Source: an uncultured Dehalococcoidia bacterium
GTDB taxonomy: Bacteria; Chloroflexota; Dehalococcoidia; Lucifugimonadales; GCA-2712585
Reading direction: 5' to 3'
DNA: 64,000 nt
NCBI GenBank assembly: GCA_951812825.1
Contig: OX638324.1
Span: forward strand, 442,459 to 506,458
Part shown: positions 58,748-64,000 of the stretch, piece after piece
Numbering within the stretch: the first letter of the stretch is position 1
Layout: each line of letters begins with the position of its first letter
The notes under the pieces: model-generated
Told to the model about the DNA's origin: nothing
Seen by the model: only the letters and a program-made list of their open reading frames with translations
The model's database searches: none
Position numbers and translations under genes: made by a program

Positions 58748-61057
58748 TCACGCCTTGCGATGACTTCCCGGCCTCCACTCGATAACCTCCGTTTCTTCCG
58801 GAGTGGCCTCGATGCGTATGGGGAACCGGTTGCCCAGGGCCAGCAGGAGCCCGTCCCCCCTGGGGCAGGACAGCAACCATCGCTGAAGCTCCTCCGGCAG
58901 GTCGAAGGCATCGCCTACGGTGCCCACCGCCGCCGCGTCCTGCTGCAACAGCAGCTTGAAGGCGGCGTTTTGCAGCAGCGCCCTTCCGCTGTGGCCCGTG
59001 ATGGCTCTCGAGGTGTCCTCGGAGAGCAGGTCCTGCACGTCCTGGGTGATGAACTGGAGTCCCAGCCGATGTTTTCTAGCCCGCTTGGCCATGGAGACCA
59101 TGAAGGCGGCTCCCTCCGGGTGTTGCATGATGCTCCATACCTCATCCACCACCAGCAGGCGGGGCTTGGGGTCCTGGGCAGCGGCGGCCCACACAGTCTC
59201 GGTGCAGACCATGGCCGCAGCGGGACGCAATTCCGGCTCCAGCAGCCTCAGGTCGAAGACTGTGACCAGGGCCTCGTTGCCCAGCAGGTCGTCCCCTTCG
59301 TCGGAGAGGAGATGTCGGAGGCTACCGGTGGCGAAGGGCCTCAGCAGGTGGGCCAGGCCAGGATCGCCGTTCTCGTCCTCCTGAAGGTAGGTGTAGAAAT
59401 CCCGGAAGCCGGTACGCTTCCTGGGTGTGGAATAGTAGCCCGCCAGGGCGTGGTCGAGGGACGCTCTCCTATCCGCGGAGAGCTTCTCGCCAACCATCAC
59501 CTCAATGAGCCTCCTCAGGCTGCCTATGCGCTGCAGCATCTCCTCGGAGTCTCCCTTGTCGATGACGAAGGGGTTCATGCCCTGGCCCGGCACTCCGGGG
59601 GACAACACCCGGCCTCCCGCCGCTCGGGCCATGTCCGCGTACTCCCCTTCGGGGTCAATGACGTAGGCCGTTACGCCCCTGCAAATGCCCCTCAGCACTC
59701 CGAGCTTGGTCGAAAAACTCTTACCGGAGCCCGACCGGGCCAGCACCGCGGTGTTGGCGTTGAGGTGAGTGCCGTCCCAGGGGTCGTAGACCACTGGTGC
59801 ACAGGCCCTCATGTCTATGCCGTACAACGTTCCGCTTCGCGTATCCATATCAGGAGGCGAGAAGGGGAAGATCCTCATCAGCGACGAGGTGTCCAAAGTC
59901 CTCCACACTCCCACGGCGTTCAGGGCCAGGGGCAGCGTGGACATCAACCCCTCCCGCTGCCTGAAGGAGAGGTTGTCGAGTTTCCCCAGGGTGGCGGCGA
60001 AGTGGGCCTTCGCCCTCTGGGTCATCTCCCTAAGGGTCTTTTCGTCCTTTGCGTGGAGGGTGACGGAGAGAGAGGCGTGGAATAGCCGCTCCCTCCCCCG
60101 CTGCACCTGGTCCCTGAGCCGTGTCACGTCCTCCAGGGCAATCTCCGCTTCGGGGGACATGCTCCGTCCCCGCTTGAAGGACAAAGACTGGGCCGACTCG
60201 AAGCGCACCTTCTGCCACTCCAGGGTCCTTGCCGCCTGGTCAGTGGGTATGGCCCCCAGGTGGATGGAGAGGTCCATGGGCGCTCCCGCCGCCATCAGTC
60301 CCTGTAGAAAGCCGGGGGAGAGGGACCGGGGCCACTTCCCCAGTTGTAGGGAACGGACCAGAGTCTCACCCACCCGTACATGGTGACGATGCATCTCCAC
60401 CTCCACCTGGAGGTCCTCATCCATAGTTGAGGGAGAGCCGCCAAGGGCGGTGGATACGAAGAACATCTTCAGCTGTCTGCCCGTCAGGTGGTGTACGGAT
60501 AGCCCCGTCCTGGACAGAAGGCCCCGCAGTTCGTCAACCCGGGGGAACTCACACACGGCGTAGAAGCGCCGGTCCAAGATGCCGTCCCGGCTCTCCAGCT
60601 CCTTGAGCAACCGCCTCAAGGATTCCGACGCCGCCTCCGTCTGCGCGGTAAGATTCGCCGGCTGGGCATATTTCAGCTTTCTTCGTAGTTGTCCCAACCT
60701 TGGCTGATGCTGCCTGATAAGCAGCTGTACCGGGAAGTCCAAGGCGTTCAGGGCTCCGGCAAAGGACCCCAGCTTCGGCTCGTCAATCTCCAGCCCCATC
60801 ACCTCGCACACACCCACCTTCACCCCGTCCAACCTGACGGGCCCGTCCTTCTCCAGGTGGGACAGCATGTAGAACAGGGGCAGGTCGGGAGGCGGCTTGG
60901 GCGCCGGCGTGTCAGCAATTTCTGCACCGTCGGCGGTGCCGGAAGGGTCTGCCTCTCGTTCTGAAGTACTCCGGCCTACGCAATTCCAAACAAGCTCAAA
61001 TAGCTTTTTCAATGATCTAGTCTCCTCTTTGGTTTCAGGGACTTTGGAAGGAAACAA
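58748..61057 (-). CDS. virB4: VirB4/TrsE-like conjugative T4SS ATPase
   Basis: Walker A ARSGSGKSF, Walker B LLVVDEVWS, HRLGLQFITQDVQDLL. The start is uncertain (TTG at 61057 or ATG at 60868). Confidence 0.85.
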   Translation of the reverse strand: MFPSKVPETKEETRSLKKLFELVWNCVGRSTSEREADPSGTADGAEIADTPAPKPPPDLPLFYMLSHLEKDGPVRLDGVKVGVCEVMGLEIDEPKLGSFAGALNALDFPVQLLIRQHQPRLGQLRRKLKYAQPANLTAQTEAASESLRRLLKELESRDGILDRRFYAVCEFPRVDELRGLLSRTGLSVHHLTGRQLKMFFVSTALGGSPSTMDEDLQVEVEMHRHHVRVGETLVRSLQLGKWPRSLSPGFLQGLMAAGAPMDLSIHLGAIPTDQAARTLEWQKVRFESAQSLSFKRGRSMSPEAEIALEDVTRLRDQVQRGRERLFHASLSVTLHAKDEKTLREMTQRAKAHFAATLGKLDNLSFRQREGLMSTLPLALNAVGVWRTLDTSSLMRIFPFSPPDMDTRSGTLYGIDMRACAPVVYDPWDGTHLNANTAVLARSGSGKSFSTKLGVLRGICRGVTAYVIDPEGEYADMARAAGGRVLSPGVPGQGMNPFVIDKGDSEEMLQRIGSLRRLIEVMVGEKLSADRRASLDHALAGYYSTPRKRTGFRDFYTYLQEDENGDPGLAHLLRPFATGSLRHLLSDEGDDLLGNEALVTVFDLRLLEPELRPAAAMVCTETVWAAAAQDPKPRLLVVDEVWSIMQHPEGAAFMVSMAKRARKHRLGLQFITQDVQDLLSEDTSRAITGHSGRALLQNAAFKLLLQQDAAAVGTVGDAFDLPEELQRWLLSCPRGDGLLLALGNRFPIRIEATPEETEVIEWRPGSHRKA

Positions 61058-61379
61058 GGCCTCCCAGCAGCAGCGTGACCACTGCCTTTGCCGAGAGCAC
61101 CAGGACCAGCCCCACCACCGCCATGATCACGGCGGTCCTGGCGCCGCCCCCGTCGCTTCCCTCGCCGCCCTCGGCCATCAGCATGAATCCCGCCCAGACG
61201 ATGGCGAAGAGGCAGAGGCCCGCGGCGGCATAGGTCATGGCCGTGAGAATCTGGTCGAAGGCCTCGGCCATATCCTCGAAGGCCGCCAGCTTCTCCTGCG
61301 CGTCCGCGCCCGTCGTGACCAGCGCGACGCCGGCCAAGAGGATTGCCGCAATGCCCCGTCTCACCAGGGCCACTCCCAT
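61035..61379 (-). CDS. Small secreted two-TM protein, VirB2/TrbC pilin-like
   Basis: ORF 61035-61397. ATG at 61379 follows GGAG. It has a signal peptide (MGVALVRRGIAAILLAGVALVTTGADA) and then two hydrophobic helices separated by a Gly/charged loop. Confidence 0.5.
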   Translation of the reverse strand: MGVALVRRGIAAILLAGVALVTTGADAQEKLAAFEDMAEAFDQILTAMTYAAAGLCLFAIVWAGFMLMAEGGEGSDGGGARTAVIMAVVGLVLVLSAKAVVTLLLGGLVSFQSP

Positions 61380-63118
61380 CCCAGCTCCTCGAACCACTGG
61401 CCCACCTCACCGCTGTCCGCGGGCCTCTGCTCCGATAGGGGTAGTTCAGTGATCCTGTCTGGGAGTATCAGCACCCCATAGGGTTCGTCGGACGCTATGC
61501 CGGTTGCCATGTCCAGGGTTTCCGTTCGGCTGCGAATGGCTGGTGCTCTCCGCTCCACATCCGCCTTCACGTGCTCGGGGTGAATGATGGGGATAGTCAC
61601 GCTCTTGAGAATCTCCTGGCTGGGAATAGACAGGGTGGCGGAGATGGTGTGCTCCGTGGTGGTGCCGTCGCCGTGCTCCACCTCCACCTTCTTGCTGACG
61701 GTCTGGCTCGTGCCGGGACGGGTGAGGGTCACCGTCGTCGCGCGTTGTTCCGTGCGCTCCGCATGGTGGGTGAGCCGGGTCAGGGGCGGCAGCGGTATGC
61801 TGAGGCTTGTCTCCGTCTCCACAACGATGAACACGGGAAAGACGGCCTTTGCCGCGTCCACGTCCAATCGGAATGAAGTCTCCCCGTTGGGGACCAGGGG
61901 TACGGCGGTGCGAGAGCCCTTGGTCACGGCGGAGACGACTCCGGTGACAGCTGTCACATCGGCGTCCATGAGGGACATCTCTCCCACGCTCACGTGGCCC
62001 GCCACCGCGGGAAGGGCTATCAGCTTCTTCACCCTATCCTCGCACTCCGACTCCACCACCCCTTCGATGGCGCCGGGAGTCCATCCCAGGGAAATCAGAC
62101 TCAGGTCACAGATCTCCCCCTCGGCCTTGGGCAGGGGATGAGGAATCTGGTCATTGGCAATAGAAAAGGCTCCCGCCTGTCCGAGGCTGTCCTCCCAGGA
62201 GAAGGTGAAAGAGGGAAAAGATCCCTCCAGGGGCAGCTCGTAGGCGACCCCCTCCCCCTCCACCAGCTGGGTCGCAGCCCAGGAGACGAGCTCCGTTCCG
62301 AACCGTCCCCCGTAGGCCTGTATGCTTATGTGCAGGTCCGTGGCTGCCCTGAGGGCAACGACGGCTTTGTCGCCGGTGACGGTCAGCCCCTCCAAGTATA
62401 GGCGCCGTCCCGGCACGGGGTCGAAAACTTCGAACTCTATCTCCTCCCGCCAGTCCTCGTCGGCCAGAGTTGGCTGAGGCAGTGCGACGGCTGTTGCCGC
62501 TAGGACAGCGGCAAGCACTGCCGCCCACAGCCTTGGAAATCTCTTGACACGGTCCTTCTTGTACTCCGAGTCTTTGTTGTTGGTATCCTCCGGCGATTGC
62601 CGGCGGTCCTTGCCAAACCACCGGTGGGGTCGGAAGGGCATCCGCCCGTTTTTCCGGTCGCCACTGCTCCTCTTCCTGCGCGGTATCCGGCGACGCGCCG
62701 ATTCCATCATTCCGCCCAGCCGACGAGCATTGCGCCTCGCCCGCATGGCCAGCAGGATCAGTGGTCCGGGGCTGTCTTTCGCCGTCTCCACCCGCACGGG
62801 CGGCTCGCTGCGAAGCAGCTGAGACACTGGCCCCACGTAGCGCCTCGGTCCCAACCGGTACCTCAGCAGGTCGGCGACCACCAGGGGCAGCCGCCGACCT
62901 GCTATCTTTCCCACCACCATGGCAATGCCGAAGAGGCCGAACAGGACGGATAGTCCCATCCTCACCCCCGAAGGCCCCACGGGGGCGTAGCGGTATACGC
63001 CGTAAGAGAGGGCGCATACCGCCACCATCGCCACTATCTGCGGAAAGGTGAACCAGAGCAGCACCCGGTCCTCCGCCTCCACGTGGGTGGGTACTTCGTG
63101 TTCTCTCATATTCTCCAC
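61361..63118 (-). CDS. PrgI-family (VirB3-like) conjugal transfer protein with long C-terminal extracellular extension
   Basis: GGAGGTGGAG RBS. The N-terminus VPTHVEAEDRVLLWFTFPQIVAMVAVCAL..., with a second TM, matches the PrgI pattern. It is followed by a basic linker, a third TM (LWAAVLAAVLAATAVAL) and a ~390-aa beta-rich domain. Confidence 0.6.
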   Translation of the reverse strand: MENMREHEVPTHVEAEDRVLLWFTFPQIVAMVAVCALSYGVYRYAPVGPSGVRMGLSVLFGLFGIAMVVGKIAGRRLPLVVADLLRYRLGPRRYVGPVSQLLRSEPPVRVETAKDSPGPLILLAMRARRNARRLGGMMESARRRIPRRKRSSGDRKNGRMPFRPHRWFGKDRRQSPEDTNNKDSEYKKDRVKRFPRLWAAVLAAVLAATAVALPQPTLADEDWREEIEFEVFDPVPGRRLYLEGLTVTGDKAVVALRAATDLHISIQAYGGRFGTELVSWAATQLVEGEGVAYELPLEGSFPSFTFSWEDSLGQAGAFSIANDQIPHPLPKAEGEICDLSLISLGWTPGAIEGVVESECEDRVKKLIALPAVAGHVSVGEMSLMDADVTAVTGVVSAVTKGSRTAVPLVPNGETSFRLDVDAAKAVFPVFIVVETETSLSIPLPPLTRLTHHAERTEQRATTVTLTRPGTSQTVSKKVEVEHGDGTTTEHTISATLSIPSQEILKSVTIPIIHPEHVKADVERRAPAIRSRTETLDMATGIASDEPYGVLILPDRITELPLSEQRPADSGEVGQWFEELGWEWPW

Positions 63119-63121
63119 CTC

Positions 63122-63445
63122 CTAGCTCTTGGGTCCGTCGGTCGGGGGATCTGTGGGTGATCCGGGGTTGTAGCTGCTCTCCGTGGGGTCCGGGATGTCG
63201 ATGTCCACGGGGGATCCCACCACCGCGTCCATCACCAGCTCCACCACGCCATAGGCCACCATGGCCAGGATGATGCCCGCCAGGGCCGTCATCATGGCGC
63301 TCTTTCCCTTCTCCATCTGGTGGGGCGCACCGGAGGCCGTCAGGTACATGTAGGCCCCGTAGACGAAGAAGCCCACCCCCACGGCCCCCACTATCCCCAG
63401 CATGATCCCCACCAGGTTCGATATGGTCTGTGTCAGGTCTTCCAT
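63122..63445 (-). CDS. Small two-TM protein, second VirB2/TrbC pilin-like candidate
   Basis: ORF 63122-63520. ATG at 63445 follows GAGAGGAG. The sequence is MEDLTQTISNLVGIMLGIVGAVGVGFFVYGAYMYLTASG...MTALAGIILAMVAYGVVELV with a Pro/Asp-rich tail. Confidence 0.5.
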   Translation of the reverse strand: MEDLTQTISNLVGIMLGIVGAVGVGFFVYGAYMYLTASGAPHQMEKGKSAMMTALAGIILAMVAYGVVELVMDAVVGSPVDIDIPDPTESSYNPGSPTDPPTDGPKS

Positions 63446-63600
63446 TTCTTCTTTTTCTCCTCTCTCTAGGATTGTCTGGTCGTCGTTCGTGGTCCTTGTA
63501 TTTGTGTCCTCTATTTGCACATCTCTTCACCGCCTTGCTTTCGTTCCGTTGAGGCGAGCCGTTGCTCGCTTCTTGTGTTTCATCGTGGTAGTTGCGAGGT

Positions 63601-64000
63601 CTATTCGCTGCTGCTCCGGGGAGTGGCTACCCCAGCACTACTGCTAGCTCCGCCTGAAGGGGTGGCCATCTCCGCCATGGACCTGATGCCGCTCGCAGCA
63701 GTGGACAACCCCGCGCTGGCGGCGGCTCCCGCCGCCATGCCCGCTGGTCCTCCACCAAGTCCTCCCGCCACCATGCCGATGGTCTTCGCCGACCTGATCA
63801 TGGTCCCCGGCAGGTTCAACCCGAAGTAGAGGGTGCTCACCCACGCGTCGAAGGTGCCCACGTTGCCCAGCAGCGAGGGAATCCTGGTGGCCATGTACAC
63901 GAAAGCCACCGACAGCAGCAGCTTCCACACCAGGTCCTGCACGGGTTCGTAGGCCTGGATCGCCGCCACCTCCTGCAGGAAGCCGAAGCCCAGGGCCAAC
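63601..64000 (-). CDS. Membrane protein C-terminus, VirB6/TrbL-like (5' part beyond window)
   Basis: The frame is open to the window edge. It has hydrophobic helices followed by a Gly/Ala/Ser-rich tail (GGLGGGPAGMAAGAAASAG...), as in TrbL/VirB6 C-termini. Confidence 0.4.
   Translation of the reverse strand, partial: LALGFGFLQEVAAIQAYEPVQDLVWKLLLSVAFVYMATRIPSLLGNVGTFDAWVSTLYFGLNLPGTMIRSAKTIGMVAGGLGGGPAGMAAGAAASAGLSTAASGIRSMAEMATPSGGASSSAGVATPRSSSE

Larger units (their letters stand above)
47404..64000. mobile_element. Integrative conjugative element (partial; right end beyond window)
   Basis: A tyrosine integrase gene lies 165 nt after the tRNA-Gln 3' end. It is followed by an AlpA-like gene, an XRE/ImmA pair and HTH genes. 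The transfer genes are Replic_Relax, T4CP, VirB4, PrgI-like, pilin-like and VirB6-like. Confidence 0.8.

Noticed and set aside
47404-64000. attR, a second copy of the tRNA-Gln 3' end inside the window.
   Set aside because: I did not see GGTTCGAATCCAGG or a similar tRNA-end repeat between 47.4 and 64 kb, and T4SS genes still run at the window edge. The element boundary must lie beyond the window.

Overview
This is a 64-kb chromosomal segment from a moderately GC-rich bacterium. Its 16S rRNA gene (about 8214-9728) looks Chloroflexota-like to me, of the Dehalococcoidia/SAR202 type, but that is from memory and I could not run a search. The window falls into three zones.

(i) 1-29.7 kb is ordinary chromosome. 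It holds three paralogous family-5 ABC substrate-binding lipoproteins, each next to a C-N hydrolase and none next to ABC membrane or ATPase genes. It also holds a GT20 trehalose-phosphate-synthase-like gene, tRNA-Thr, a stand-alone 16S gene, decayed hicAB, assorted redox and hydrolase genes, a CPA2 antiporter, an ABC-F ATPase and an NCS2 permease with an extra C-terminal domain. The 16S gene has its own promoter, processing stem and terminator, and there is no 23S or 5S in the window.

(ii) 29.7-47.3 kb is an accessory patchwork.
- Two inverted IS3-family copies, identical wherever I could compare them, bracket an 8.3-kb cargo. The cargo is three ABC-2 permease pairs, two ATPases and a nucleoside-phosphorylase-fold gene.
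- One IS copy truncates a flavin monooxygenase gene. That gene lies on the same strand directly downstream of a tightly spaced pair: a heme-oxygenase-like/enolase-superfamily fusion and a GH3-type ligase.
- Next come mobile-element remnants (an istB fragment and a frameshifted large serine recombinase) that end at tRNA-Glu.

(iii) 47.3-64 kb is an integrative conjugative element that starts at the 3' end of tRNA-Gln.
- Integration and regulation genes: a P4-like tyrosine integrase, an AlpA-like protein, an XRE/ImmA pair and three small HTH genes.
- Transfer genes: a Replic_Relax protein, a T4SS coupling ATPase, a VirB4-like ATPase, a PrgI-like protein, two pilin-like proteins and a VirB6-like protein.
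- It also carries decayed cargo and continues past the window edge.

All family assignments rest on motif recognition by eye from the supplied translations and my own translations. No database search was possible.
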